Part shown: positions 32,976-47,000 of the stretch, piece after piece
How positions within the stretch are numbered: position 1 is the first letter of the stretch
How the letters are laid out: every line of letters starts with the position of its first letter
From: Owenia fusiformis
Taxonomy: Eukaryota
Length of the DNA stretch: 64,000 bases
NCBI GenBank assembly: GCA_903813345.2
Contig: CAIIXF020000001.1
Span: forward strand, 37,944,001-38,008,000
Direction: 5' to 3'
Notes under the pieces: model-generated
Databases searched by the model: none
What the model was told of the DNA's origin: nothing
What the model saw: only the letters and a program-made list of their open reading frames with translations
Position numbers and translations under genes: made by a program

Positions 32976-35339
32976 CTAGACGCTGTCTCCATGATTAATT
33001 GATAAACGTTGCATAGCGTTCCTAGGGTTGTAATCACACAATAATGGGGAGTAGCAATTGTCTTTATGGGCCTCGGGGACGTCCTTCGCTCCATAGTCAT
33101 ATACACGTCTATTCTCATCGCCTCTAAGTAACGGGCATCCATCGATTGATTCGGCAATGTCCTCCACGTCTTCTTGTAATCGCTTGTATAGAGGTTCAGG
33201 GAGCGCCCTCTTTAGCTTGCCGTAAAAATCAGGTTCGTTTGTGTCCAGGTACGTGTGCGATTGAAGATGCATCTCGAGGTCAGTATCAATAGGGACACCC
33301 CGCAGGTCACCGTACTTGATCGCGATCAACTTCACGCCCTTCCGACTCAATGCATTATTGTGGGCAGTTCGGAATTCATACTTACACCAGTTGCTCTGCA
33401 GAAAGTTCTTACTGATAACCATCAGGGTTACACGACTAGTAGCGATGAAGTTAGCGATGTTCTGTGTTATCTGTTGGCCGTGGACAAAGTCTTTGTCGGC
33501 AAACGCTATGTAGTACCATTTACCAGGTTCATGTCCCGGTGCTGGACCACACGCGCCGTAATCTAGATCTTGGCCTGTTAAGCCATCTTCATACATCAAC
33601 GTATCGATCAAATATCTTTTGACCCACTGTTTATCCTTGTCACAAAACGAAAGAAATATATCGAAGTTCAAGTTAATATCAAAATAAGATTGAATTGGTG
33701 TCATTCTTCTGTCATCAGCCAACGCAAAGGCGACACCGATAAAGCCAATGAGAACGAGGCCACACATAATGCTCAACTGTAGCGTGACCAGAGCCCAGTT
33801 GACGCAAAAGAAATCAGAGTCAGCAATATCAATTATGCGTTTACCCCTTACAGGTTCATTGTCACATTGTACAGTCATGATATCAGAAACGACATCCCTG
33901 TTCTTTATCAGCCAATGTTTCAACCAAAGGCTTTTGCAATCACATTGCAACGGGTTTTGTCCTAACCTTATCTCACGTACATTTGTGGGATTGATTTGTT
34001 TCCATGCTGTTTCGGGAAGATATTCTATGCGGTTCAATTCAAGTAGTAGACTGGTTTTCTTTGATTTTACTATTTTGTTGACCAGAGAGGGTTTAATGGA
34101 AGATATTTTATTGTTTGCGACATCCAAGACTGACACATTTCTGGTATATGACTTTGGTTTTAATGTTTCGATTGCATTGTTTGCAAGTCTCAGTTCAATG
34201 TTGTCTTCACACGGAATCCTATCTGGGAGACGTTTGATGTCGTGACATTCTACCCGAGTTGTTCTATTTGCAGGAGTATGAACACATGAACATGACTCTG
34301 GGCAGTCTTTCTTGACTGAACACTGGAACATGTTATCTGGAACTGTATAGAATATCATGCCACGTAGATTCTTAGGATAATAGCAAGGAATGTTGATATA
34401 ATACTCGACCACGGTTCTGTTAAACATCGGTATGAAATTTTTTATGAGCTTTGTTATTTTAAACATATCACAATCACAATATAGTTTATTGTATCTAAAG
34501 TCAAATCCCATGTCCCAAAGTCGTCTTAGTTGCAAAAACATCACGATCGGATTATCTATGTCAACATGAATAAGTTTAAATACTTTGATCAATTCTCCTA
34601 GTCGTCCGAAGTTGTTGTATTGGAAATTGATAAGAACTTCATGACCCAATTTTGCCTCATTAATGCTCCAATTGATATGGTTTGTGAAGGTTTCTAATTT
34701 GTTGAAAGTCAAATTGAGAAACACTTTATGACCACTTTGGAGAGCATTGGGCAAGCGGAACACCCAGAAGTCAATTTCTCGGAGTTTGTTGCGCTGCATA
34801 TCGATTAAAGACAGACTTTTGAGATCTTTGTTAAAAACAGCCGTATCAATGAAATCTATCTTATTGAAACCGAGATAAAGTTCTCGTAACTGTTCCAATC
34901 CACTGAATGTAAAGTTTTCAAGACGACGTACTTCATTGTTTGAAAGGTCCAATACGGAAATATGGTTTAGACATCCGATTGATTTTCTTGACAAATGCTG
35001 GATATTATTCCCGGACAAATCGAGTGAGGTCAAGCGTTTTAGAATGCACAGTTGTCTCGGTACTTCTTTCAAATAACTGTTTCTAAATTGCACATGTGTT
35101 ATATTCCCTTTCATACTAACGAACAATTCCTCGAGAGCACTGTTGTTAAATTCTTTTTGGCACTTAATGATTAAAGTTACACGAGGCGGATTGTCATCAA
35201 TTGAGCACGAACAATTTGTTGGCGCATTCGTACATGTATCGGATACAGTAATCGCATTGTCGTCATCTTCATGCACATCTCCAGCCATGCTAAGGTTCAC
35301 CACCAGTGTCAGCGTCGCTATGATTGTCAAACGTGTCAT
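32976..35339 (-). CDS. Toll-like receptor, tandem paralog, single coding exon, 787 aa
   Basis: Same architecture as the neighbour: LRRs, LYCDC/CPESCSC internal caps, LQCDCKSLWLKHWL, TM, TIR (FDIFLSFC...DKDFVHG...SKNFLQSNWCKYEF). Confidence 0.95.
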   Translation of the reverse strand: MTRLTIIATLTLVVNLSMAGDVHEDDDNAITVSDTCTNAPTNCSCSIDDNPPRVTLIIKCQKEFNNSALEELFVSMKGNITHVQFRNSYLKEVPRQLCILKRLTSLDLSGNNIQHLSRKSIGCLNHISVLDLSNNEVRRLENFTFSGLEQLRELYLGFNKIDFIDTAVFNKDLKSLSLIDMQRNKLREIDFWVFRLPNALQSGHKVFLNLTFNKLETFTNHINWSINEAKLGHEVLINFQYNNFGRLGELIKVFKLIHVDIDNPIVMFLQLRRLWDMGFDFRYNKLYCDCDMFKITKLIKNFIPMFNRTVVEYYINIPCYYPKNLRGMIFYTVPDNMFQCSVKKDCPESCSCVHTPANRTTRVECHDIKRLPDRIPCEDNIELRLANNAIETLKPKSYTRNVSVLDVANNKISSIKPSLVNKIVKSKKTSLLLELNRIEYLPETAWKQINPTNVREIRLGQNPLQCDCKSLWLKHWLIKNRDVVSDIMTVQCDNEPVRGKRIIDIADSDFFCVNWALVTLQLSIMCGLVLIGFIGVAFALADDRRMTPIQSYFDINLNFDIFLSFCDKDKQWVKRYLIDTLMYEDGLTGQDLDYGACGPAPGHEPGKWYYIAFADKDFVHGQQITQNIANFIATSRVTLMVISKNFLQSNWCKYEFRTAHNNALSRKGVKLIAIKYGDLRGVPIDTDLEMHLQSHTYLDTNEPDFYGKLKRALPEPLYKRLQEDVEDIAESIDGCPLLRGDENRRVYDYGAKDVPEAHKDNCYSPLLCDYNPRNAMQRLSINHGDSV

Positions 35340-38049
35340 TGTAATATGCTATAATAATAATTACATTATATGAACCCTGTCAATGCATAAAGTTCAGCTT
35401 ATTATGTTCTGTAAAATATATATTCTCAACATCATCACAGTGCGTTAATACTTCTTTGACAAATCGTCCAACTCAATACTTGATCAGATCGTGTGAATGG
35501 CCAAGACGCACCAGCTTTCTTCTCTTCTCTCTCTTCACTGTTCATTTTAGTTCTTTATTTTTTACCATCGCTCATAAATCTCAATAAAAATGCCTCTTGT
35601 TTGAAAGTACAAATAGAAGTCCCTCACATGACATGCATGACGCTTATAAGGAGCGAATCAGGAAGTAAATAAAAGAGCCCACTGGAATATCAAGGCCAAA
35701 GTGACCTGGAATACAGCCAATATTCTTGAAATGCTACTGAATGAGATCTCATTTTACATGTTTTATTCACTTCTAACATAATGTCCATATAAAACAAGGA
35801 GCTGTAGATAGACTAAGGGTGAAATCAGTATTTTCTATAAAGCTGATAACATTTGCAGTATGAATCAAAAAGGTGTCTGCTATTTTGAATTGTGAGATTG
35901 AATGGACGTTTATTATTCAAACACTGATCAAAAACTCTGCCATTCATGTTCTATGAACAATAAAAGTCCCATTGCATTCACGATGAGTCAGATGCAGCTT
36001 TACATCTGACCTTGGATAATCCTATATTTACTAGGTACCATATATAGACTAAATATTAAAAGTGATTAGACACACATTGCAAAACCCATAAATTATCATT
36101 AGAAAGTGAGATCATTTTTAGGTGTGTTTCATTTGTATTAGTAAGGTCAACAATATCCCAATGCTGTCTCAAAATGCAAATAATTACTTTTCAGATTGCC
36201 CTTCCCTCCTGTAATTGTACATTCATCATAAGATTAAATGTTTCTTCATTTCAATATTTCCTAACTACATGCAATGGTATTTTGACCCCTACCTGAGCAC
36301 ATTTCATTATGTTAACAGGCATCAATATAATGATCTGGTCTCAAAAGTAACAATGATACTTTAAAATTCCAACTTTGTCATAAAGTAGAAATAAATAATT
36401 GATAAACATAATAAAATGTACTTCATTACATTACTTTTTATTGCATTCCTATATGATATAATGGCCATGTATAAAATAAATCTGTTAAACGTGAAAATGT
36501 AACATTAAAATCAAATAACAATTTCAAGTAAATGTAGTCACAATAATGATATGACAAATATGTCCTAAAGTCAACACCATTAATTCTAAAAAGTGTAAAA
36601 CAGAGTATGTTTACATGAAAAGGATCAGCTGATAATTTTGAACAGACAAGCCAATAACTGGTCAATTTGAACAACTTGTCAATTTTGATAACAGGTCAAT
36701 TTTGACCAGGCTGAATTCTTCTGACATACCCTGGATATTAACAAACATTTGAACAAACAAGAACATCTTCTGTTAACATTAACAGAACAGGGACTGTTAA
36801 CTATACATTGAACACACTTACAATATACATTACAAATATGTAAATCTTTAACATAGATTACACCCAATAATTCAATCAAAGATAACCTGGCTGGTGAAGT
36901 AAGCCTGGCAGGTCATATTGTACTTGTATTCAGTTTTGGTATTTTCCACCTTAAAATCATTTCACAACTTGAACCAGCAAGGAAGTGTTAAGTTCATTTT
37001 TTGATACAGTAATTAATTTCACACACACACAAATATTAGTTTTTAATATTTCAATTAATACAACAACATGTATTGATATTGTTATTTACAATTTCTTAGA
37101 TTCTAATTACTGTACATTTTTTCTATATTTGACAACAATACTGCTTTTGAACATTCTGCAAAGCCCTAAAAATAATGTTCAGAACTATCACTTTGAACGG
37201 TACCACTTCTTATCAACTACACTGCATAGTTTTATGTTAATCAAAATATCTAATCTGTTATCCACAACTGTCCTATGAAAATGAGCAATTACATAGGTTT
37301 TAGATTCAATTGATAAAGCATCATTATAATGAAAGATATGTTTAATAGCAATTTAATGTTATTTATGTCTGATTACTCTTTGGTTTGGCAGCTTATTTGA
37401 GTAACAGTTTTGAAAAGATTGGATATTTCTGATTTTTTATGATAACTCTAATATCCCCCTAATGTTATCATGCAATAGTAAAATCATGTGAAAACTTAAA
37501 ATGCTCAATAAATTTTTGTTCTTATCACAAAAAATATGTACAATATGACTATTGCATCTAGCCCAAACATCTAATATCATCACCCAGTTACATGGAGCTG
37601 TCTTTGTGTTTAGTACAGAATTTTCGATCAAGTCATAGCTCATAATTCATACACAAGCATTCATAAATTATTTTTGAATTGATGACATTTTTGAGATATG
37701 ATCATACCAACAAGACCCTAAGGTTGACAAACCTTAAAATTTCCATTTACTTTCTGGGCCAATGAGTATCAAATGAATATCTATGGTTCGTGTATCTATT
37801 TGCGTTGCACAGTCCCATAGAGATATTATGGCCAGTTTAATATTAGTCCCAACTTCTGAATTCCTTCTTCAAGGCATATCCAAAAGTATATATGTATCCT
37901 GGAGGTCCACTGGTTTATTTCTACTAAGATTCATTATAAAGGTCACCCTCTTGTTTAGTTTGTATATATTCTTTCCATCTTGTCTAGCTACGATTGATTA
38001 TAGAGTTAATATGTTTTAATCTATGTATGCTGTGATATCTGATTTGGAG

Positions 38050-41000
38050 TTATCCCACAATCTTCCCTCGGTTGACCACAGCATATGGGGATTCAGTCTG
38101 TAAGTAAGAAAGCAAGTATGAATCTTTTTATTTCAATGAGATAACTGACCAACAACATAAAGAATAATGCCCTCACATGGAGAAGTAGACTTTATTGAAT
38201 GATCAACATTTTCAGAAATATCTCCTTTAATTCAGTAGTAACATTAAAATTTGAGGACATATTGTGACTGTTCTTTGCACAGATACATATTTCCAACTGT
38301 GAAATGTAGATTTCTCACAATTGAACAGAACAGTACAGAAATACATTAAAATATCACAAATCATCAAGTAATACATCCAATACAGTGTTTTGACCTAGTT
38401 TTTAAATAACAAGCACCACCGTGGGATTTAACAAAACAAGATCAAATCTGATATCTTAGAATTATCAAAAAGAAAATGAAAGCGATTTTCAAGGAAGTTT
38501 CTGATAAAAATGTTTAGAATGTTCCGAGTGTATAGAATTTCAGTTAATAAGATAAAAAATGGCAACGGAGAATATATATCATTCTTGTAAACCGGAAATA
38601 AAATTCAGAAAATGAAACAGAACACAAATAAAACATAACAGATGCCAAAGTATGTAGGCCTCATAGGAACATTTGATTTTCACACAAAACATGTAATTTC
38701 TCACAAAACATCAAGTAATCTTCACACAAAATACATACATGTAGTTTTCACACAGATTATGCAATTTCAAGCAGAGCAAGTAATTTTCACACAAAACACA
38801 GTTTTCACCTGTTCACACAAAAGTAATTTTACACATAACACAAGATTTTCACACAAAACAAACAATTTTCACACAAACCATAGTTTTCACTCAAAAGTAA
38901 TTTTACACACAACACATGATTTTGACACAAAACAAACATACAGAACAGTTGATTTTCACACAAAACATATAATTTCACACAAAACATCAAGCAATTTTCA
39001 CACAAAATATATACATGTTGTTTTCACACGGATCATGCAATATCAAGCAGAACAAGTAATTTCCCCACAAAACATATAATTTTCACACAAAAGTAATTTT
39101 ACACACAACACATGATTTTCACACGAAACAATTTTCACACAAAACATAGTCATTTTATAGAACAAGTGATTTTCACAGTTAACAAACGAGTAGCAATCAC
39201 ACACTCACCATTATGTGAAGGTTCCATTAAAATGGGTTCCCAAGGCTCTGTTGCTGCAAATATAGCAAACATTACAATCACACTTGGCTTATTTGGTCAA
39301 ACATGTCATACTTGCGTCATAATTTGCGTACATTTGGCTTTTTGGGCCACACTTCATTAATTTTGAAATTAAGCAATGATTTGATTAATTATCCTTATTT
39401 TTGTCTGGAGACTAAAATATCAATATTTCTGTACTTTTCTGTTCAACTTTGAAAATCAACAAACAGTTTGGAAAACAATTTATTTGAATGACTATGTGTA
39501 TAGATGTAGATGTACACTTCATCAATCCACAAGTCCACATTATCTTATCACTGAAACATAATCCTATGAAAAAGAATTAATCAGCTGTGATATACTTTTC
39601 ACATTTTATTATTTTATATCAACTTTCTTAACCAAATAACTAACATTTCAACACAAATCCTTATATAAATGGTTTAAATGAATGATCATGTCAATACATA
39701 CATGCATGTTATATAAAACTGTCAATATTATGGAGATGAGGTAATGCTATGTAAAAGGACAAAAAATAGAGAAAAGTTAGTAGGTTTTCACAAGTGTAAC
39801 CACACCTTGCCAGCAAATATATACATTCTCACATTTTTACATGGATCTTTGGGCTTCATTTATCACATCAATTTTAAGATGCTGGCTTGGCACTGGTTTC
39901 CACAAAAGATGTTACAAACATACATGTTTTCCAGGACATTTTACTTCCTGGATTAAGGTGCATGAACTGATTGAAGTATGGTCTAGCTATAGGAGATTTA
40001 GAGAAAATTGATCAAAATCTTTTTTATTTATAATTTAATTAAAGGAGAAACAAAGATTAGAGATGACAAAGGACTTTTTTCTAAATAAATGTCATAATTT
40101 TACAATGTTTGTTGCGCTCACAACATCCCATCGCCATGTCTCTGTTCTGACTCAATTACTCAGATGCGAGTAGGTAGTTACCAGTTTCGCCACCAGGTGG
40201 CTGATTCGGGGGGATTAACATGGCAGGGTATTACAAAATTCCCTTAAACTTGAATATGCATGAGTTATATTGGTTCACTTTTCATATTACCTTTATGTAT
40301 CTGATAGTTATACAAATTAAAATATGTCCAGTAAAAGAAAATATTATCTGCTCAACACAAGAAAAGATATTTCACTTTTTGTGGTTTTACAACATGGGCT
40401 CTATAGGGAATCTCCCCGACCTAGAAGTCACATTTTCAAAGAAAATTAAATTTTCAAAGTTGATAAACTCTTTTCAAAACCACATTCCTAAATGTAATTT
40501 TACATGTAGATTCCAAATATGACATCAGTTTGACTGAATTGTGAATTTTTAATGACGTAAATCAAGATTATTTCTACTCGCATCTGGGATATTTCATGGT
40601 AATCCTTTTATATTCTATGGCTTTCTAAAATACAAATGAATGGATATTTCTGGATCTTTTGAATGTCAATGTCCATATTGACCAGTAGATTCTATTCATT
40701 TTTCAGATAACGATAAGATTGTAAATGAAAATTTTTATAAAGGTGATTGCTTTCAACACTTTAGAGTTTCAATTCTTTGCCACTCCTTTAATACAGGGCT
40801 ACAGTAACATTTCAGTATTCCTGGCTTCTGTTTTCTAGTTGCCAATTACAAAATACCATTTCAATTAGTTAAAGCACCTTAAGTGCAAAAATATACAGGG
40901 TGTCCAGGAAGTAAAGAATTTGATAATACATGTATGCTCAACAATTGCTACACATAAGATTGTAAATTCATACCATGACAATATATCCCTTAACTTTCAT

Positions 41001-44000
41001 GATATATTGAAACAAGTTTTTTTAATATTTCATACAAAGATACATTTAAGGCATGCTTCACACAATTGCAGCCCTTTGCTGTAATAATGTAGCACATGCT
41101 ATGCAAGCGTTACCTCGTAATCGGGCCTACTTTTTCCTTTCCATTTATTGAATGGAATTTTAAAATAATGCCCAGCGGTTTCACTCTACGGTCTTTTTAG
41201 ATTTCAGGACATTATCACTTGACAAAGCTTGTTTAGTTAAAGTTGGAAAATGAGTAGGATCAAAACACATGTCCTCAAATTATTGAGCAAAGGGGCACCT
41301 ACGAGTATAAGGGAAAACTATTAGGTTTAGGGCACTACAACTGTTACACAAGGCATTAGCATGCAAAATGTCACCACCTGCCATTTGTTACAGACACTAA
41401 ATGCCGACTGCTACCTACCAAATGCCAAACACCGTCCATAAAAAAGTTAGAGACTTTAACAATATGTCACCACTTGTGGAAGTGACATAAAAACAGCAAT
41501 CTACAAATGAATGACATTGAAATACCATAACAAATCTGCAAATACCAGCCTTAAAGCAAACAGAATTCTAATGCACAAATTAGGGTTCTAATTCCTGTAT
41601 GAAGTCAAATGCAGAAATGAAATGGCATGAGAATTTGAATTTTAGAATCAAAAGTACCTTTATAGAGATCACACTCATTTGAAATGGGAACAGAATAATT
41701 TGTAACTGGTTTTCACATGGAAAATCAGAAATAACCAGGGTTATTTAAGCTAGCAAACAGCAACTTCACTGAATAGCAAATCCCACCAAACAAATGTTTT
41801 TTTTATGAAAAATGGCAGCCATTTTGAAATTCAGGTAACATCTTGTAAATTTCTTCTCTAGCAGAGCTTCTTCATTTCTAGAAATTAGCATATAAAATTG
41901 AGTCTGTCCACTGGTTATCAAAGCTTACGTTTTTTATTGGTGGTCATTTTAAAATTCAGCTTGAAAATCCCTTCTCAAGCAGAGCTCCTTTGTCCCTAGG
42001 TGTCAGCATAGGCCTATATTAAAATTTGAACCAAATTCGTCCACAGGTATTTGAGTTATCAAAGATTACTTTTTCTTACAAAGAATGGTGGCCATTTTGA
42101 AATTCAGTCGCGATCTTAAAAATTCATGCTTGACCAGAGCTCCTGTGTCCCTAGGTATCAGCACATAAGATTTGAGCCACATCCATGGAACTCATACTGG
42201 TACTTGAGTTCCTTTGCCTTTAGGCATCAGCACATAAAATTTGAACCAAATCCATCAACTAGAATTTGAGTCATCAAAGATAAAAAAATTTATGAAAAAT
42301 GGTGGCCATTTTGAATTGAGCACCCATATTGAAAACTGCTTCTTGATCATAGGTCCTACACCCATAAGGCATAAGCCTATATAATTTGAACCGAATCTGT
42401 TGACTGGTATTTAAGTTATCACCAGGACACACAAACGAATGGACGGACAAATGGATGGCTTTCCTATATCCCCCCCTCGAACTTCGTTCAGTGGGATAAA
42501 AATGATTTCGTTCTAAATAATATTCCAAAATTCACATTTTATGTTTCAAACATCTTATAATGATTATGTGAGAGCCAATCAATAACTATTCTGCCTTTGA
42601 TAAGTAAATGCTACATGACCATAAAGAATGATGAGGTTTTTGACAGTGCAATTAACAAGGCTACTACTTCAGCTAAAAATGGTTTAAACACTATAGGGAC
42701 TATGTCTACAACTGTAACAACATGATTGTTAACAAGGGAAAAATGATTGTATACAGGAACTATTGACTAAATGATCTTAACATGAGGAACTATACTGCTC
42801 CCAACCTACAACTAATACCTGTTGATTCTGGGGGACACCTGTATTAAAAGCCCCAAATCCACCACCTCCAAATGGGTTTGCATTGTTTACAGGGGGCACT
42901 GGATTGAATCCTGTGTTTGTGTTGAATGGATCATTGTTAAACTGCACAAAAATAAAATAAAGAAGAAATCACTTTAGCAAACTGCAAATATGAAGTAAGT
43001 TTCAAAGAAGATTTACAATAATATTATCTTGAATCATTGAACTGGAATCTTCTTTCAAAATTTTACAATCAATCAATCAATCAAAGTCAAAACATCTGTT
43101 TCATCAAATTAGCTTGCAATAATTGGTTGAAAACTGAGAACAAAAAATATATAGAGTGATTGCTAAAATGGGCAGTTCTGCAGCTATAAGCAACAATAAT
43201 GCTAAAACAATACACAAGAAATATTCAAATCATATTGTACTAAGTAAGAAAAGTTGTAAACCTAAAAGCAAGAGCGAAATAAAGCAAACACTGACATTAT
43301 GAAAGTAGTCTACAAAATATAGAAATAAAGTACATTACATAAACAACAAACATTGTACTTACTAAATAAAGTACCTAAAATAAATGTAAAGCGGCACAAA
43401 ATCAAGAAAAAAACACAACATAAAAAATTAATCATAATCGCAAAACCACTCAAATCATACTAAACACAAGTAAAGACACAGAAATTGTAAGAATTGTGAA
43501 ATAACAAACCTAAGATAAACAAAGAATTACATGATATGCAACAAATTAAGCATAAGCTCAAGAGAAACTATGAACTACATAAATCTAAAGCAAGGTAAAG
43601 GGATTACTCTAAGGGTAGGATAAACTAAACATCATAAGAACACAAGCCTACATGCAAACATCAAATATTTTACAGCTCTTACCTGCTGATGCATGCTGCC
43701 ATCTATACCACCTGTGGTAAAGGGATCAGCGCTATGTCGTCCAGAATCTTGTAAAACATTCTGATTGGTTGGTGTAGTTAATGATGCTTTCTCATTGGCT
43801 GACATGCTAAATGGCGCATTTTGATTGGCTGCAGTGTTAAATGAATCAGGTTGTGATTGGGTAGTGCTGAACAAATCAGTCTGAGGCATGGTATTAGAGA
43901 GAGTGGAGGTTTCAATGGAGTGCTTAACTACAAAGGGATCATCTTGCATGGTGTCAGAGTTGTCCTTAATGGCATTAGTGGGTGCAGTTACAGTTGCAGG

Positions 44001-47000
44001 TATTGTTGCAAGATTTTGGTGTAAATCATATCCAGTGTCTGAGAGCCTATCCTGACCATCAGGGGCAGTCCTTAATTGAATATCAATATCTCTTGACACA
44101 ACAAATGGGTCATCTATCACACCAGACTTAGATGTTGAATCAAAACTGAAATTTGCAAAATTGTCCATTTCAGTAGGTTTCGCAACAGTAGAATGAGGTG
44201 ATTCAGACTGAGTGTTCCCCAAATGCTTTTGATCAGAGTCAGGATTACTTATATCTTCACTGTTTAAACCTCCTTCACTACTTAATTTAATATCTTGTGT
44301 TCCACTTATTGGTGGTTTACTAGAGTTGATCTCACTAGACTGCACTTTTATAAAAGGATCATTAACAACATGTGATGTATCAAATGGGTCAGCTACATCC
44401 TCTAAAATACCTATGGGTGTATGTCTATGAATAGCAGCCATTTTCTTTGAGCTATAATTGTCTCTAGAAACTTCTACCAAATCATTGCTTGAACTAAACA
44501 GATCTTCATTTCCAGGGTTTTTAGGTGTTTGCCCAATGTCAGTCTGTATATTTCCTGAACCTACAGATATATCTGACTTCCTGTCAACACTACCGACTGA
44601 GTCTGTGGTTCTATTCAAATTATTTAAGTTCCGAGATTCACTTTTGAGTATGTCTATTATTTCTGGAGTATGCGATCTAGTAGACTCCTTTCTCAATCTC
44701 TCCAGTCTAGGGCTAGTGGAGTCAGAGTCCACTGAATATATACTAGATATGTCTTTGGAAATATGGAAAGGATCAACCGTATCAGTCTGAGATGATCCCT
44801 GCCAATCCTCTATACTCTTTTCACTAGATTGCGTGGGAAGCTCAACAAATGGCTGACTTGTGTCTGCTTCAAATTCCATTTGTACTGGATCACTTATGTC
44901 AGGATTGTCAGGGAATACAGCAAGGTTGTTAAGAGAACTTGCTGAACCACTTTGTGTTTGTGTTGACTTGAAGGGGTCCACTTTTTCCATGGAATCATTA
45001 TCACTTTCTCCTAATGAAGCTTCAGCAAGTTGCACACACTGTATTGGAGATTGGCTTTTCAAAACAGTAGTAAAAGAATCAGCTTGTTGAGGAACTTGAA
45101 AGGGATCTAGATCAGATCTGGATGTATTAACTCCAAATGCATCAAACTTATCACTTGATGGTGGGTTCAAATTGCTTCCAAAAGGGTCATTAATAACAGT
45201 AGATTTAGTTTTTGTCATTAGTCCAAATGGATCAAAGTCTGTGCTAAAACTGCTGACTCCTTTCTCTGGACTTGTGGTTGCAAATGGGTCTGCAGTTTTA
45301 TCACTCTGTACCACATTATTTACATCAACACCTGGGGCCTTTTCCATGGGAGTGGACTCTTTTGATAATTTAGAGAAACTGTCATTAAAAGGATCAGGGG
45401 TTTTACTCCTTGGTCTTGGGACACTTATACCTGTGATAACATTCTTTTTATTAAGATCTTTGGGAACTCTAGGTACATTTGTTACATCTTTTGGACTAGC
45501 ATTGTCAATTTGATCAGGTTTTTTAATGTCTGCTGAAAATGTGGCAAATGCTTTAATAGACTGAGATTCTTTGAGATTAGATGAAGGGAATTCAGCCCAA
45601 TTTGTTTTAAATGGGTCGGAGATTTCACCCTTTTGGCTCTCACTTTTAATTTGGTCTGTGATTACAGGTTTAGTAGTGTCTTCTGGAAATGAGGCAAATG
45701 CTTCAAAAGGCTGAGATTCTTCAGGTTTAGCTGTAGGGGCATGTTCTACTGGTTCTGGGGATTGTGGTTCATTTACTGCAAAGGGATCACTAGCAATTGT
45801 CAATGGTAAAAATGGGTCAGGGGTCCGACAACCTCTGTTAGTTGCGAATGGGTCTTTTCCACTCTTTAATTTGACTTCTGGGAATGGGTCCCAGCTTGAA
45901 TAATTGTCCTTTGATCCAGATCTCTTATGTTTTTTCTCCTTCCTGGATGACTCCCTCTTTAGGGAGACTGCTTTTGGTTTAGGGGCAGTGAAAAAAGGAT
46001 CTGAGAATGGATCTTCGATGGTTTTAGAACGATTATACACTGGCTTTTGTTTATTTTTATTGAATGGGTCTTGTTTAGTATCAGTTAGTGCTGTACGTGC
46101 AGGCAATTTAAGAGTTTGAGATGAAGCGTTTGGGTTTGCGGCTGCACTAGGGGGTCTTGGAGGTAATGCAGGGGGTGCGCCTGAAGGGAACTCAAGTTTA
46201 CCAGGTTGACTCATACTTGAATGTGCTCTTGGGCGAGGAGGAGGGGGAGGTGGGGGATTATCAAGTGAAATATCAATAGATGCCCACGACAGAGCACTTC
46301 CAGGCCGTGGCACTGTTCCTCTACTCGGTGGCCTTGGTGGAGGAACTGGGGGTTTGTCTGTTATATCTGGGGGAAGAGGAGGGGGAGGTGCACTGGGTGG
46401 GGCAATGAAATCATCCTCAACTATATCTCCCAAACTACTATGAACACTTCGCTCTTCAGATTTTCTTAGAATGCTCTTGAGTTTGGGAGTAGCTGTATTT
46501 GAATTGTCACTGCTATGTGAAGGGGAATCAAAGGATGCAAATGAGGCAAAGTCACTGTCTGAGACATTACTCTGGCTGCCACATGGGACAGATGTGTCAC
46601 TCCATATAGAACTTGGAGCATCAGATTTAGAACTTATCATAGAATCATTGGCTAAATCACTGTGTAAGTGCTGATCAGATTTTGATTGTTCTGTTGTGCT
46701 TTCATTGCTAGATTCAGGAAGGGATTCTCGCAAACTTAATTCAGTGAAGCTATCTTCACCACTCACATTGTTTCCAAACATTTGTGGTTGTCGTTGTTGC
46801 ATTGGTTGGCCAAAGCCTCCTCCCATTCCACCCATGGGAGCTGGAGCAGGGGCATCAAAGGCCCCAGCAAAGGGAGCAGCTGGGTTCACCTGTGGGGCAG
46901 CTGGTGGAGCCATAGATTGACCACCCAACGAACCCAGACCAAACGGGTCTGTAGCACCAAGATCTAGTGGAGGGGCTGTTTCCGATTTCATTTCATTCAT

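Noticed and set aside
29588..35373. Plus-strand ORFs overlapping the TLRs
   Set aside because: Antisense shadows of the real coding frames, with no recognisable domains.
38642..39360. His/Thr/Phe-rich ORFs
   Set aside because: They are translations of a simple tandem repeat in a Dab intron on the opposite strand.
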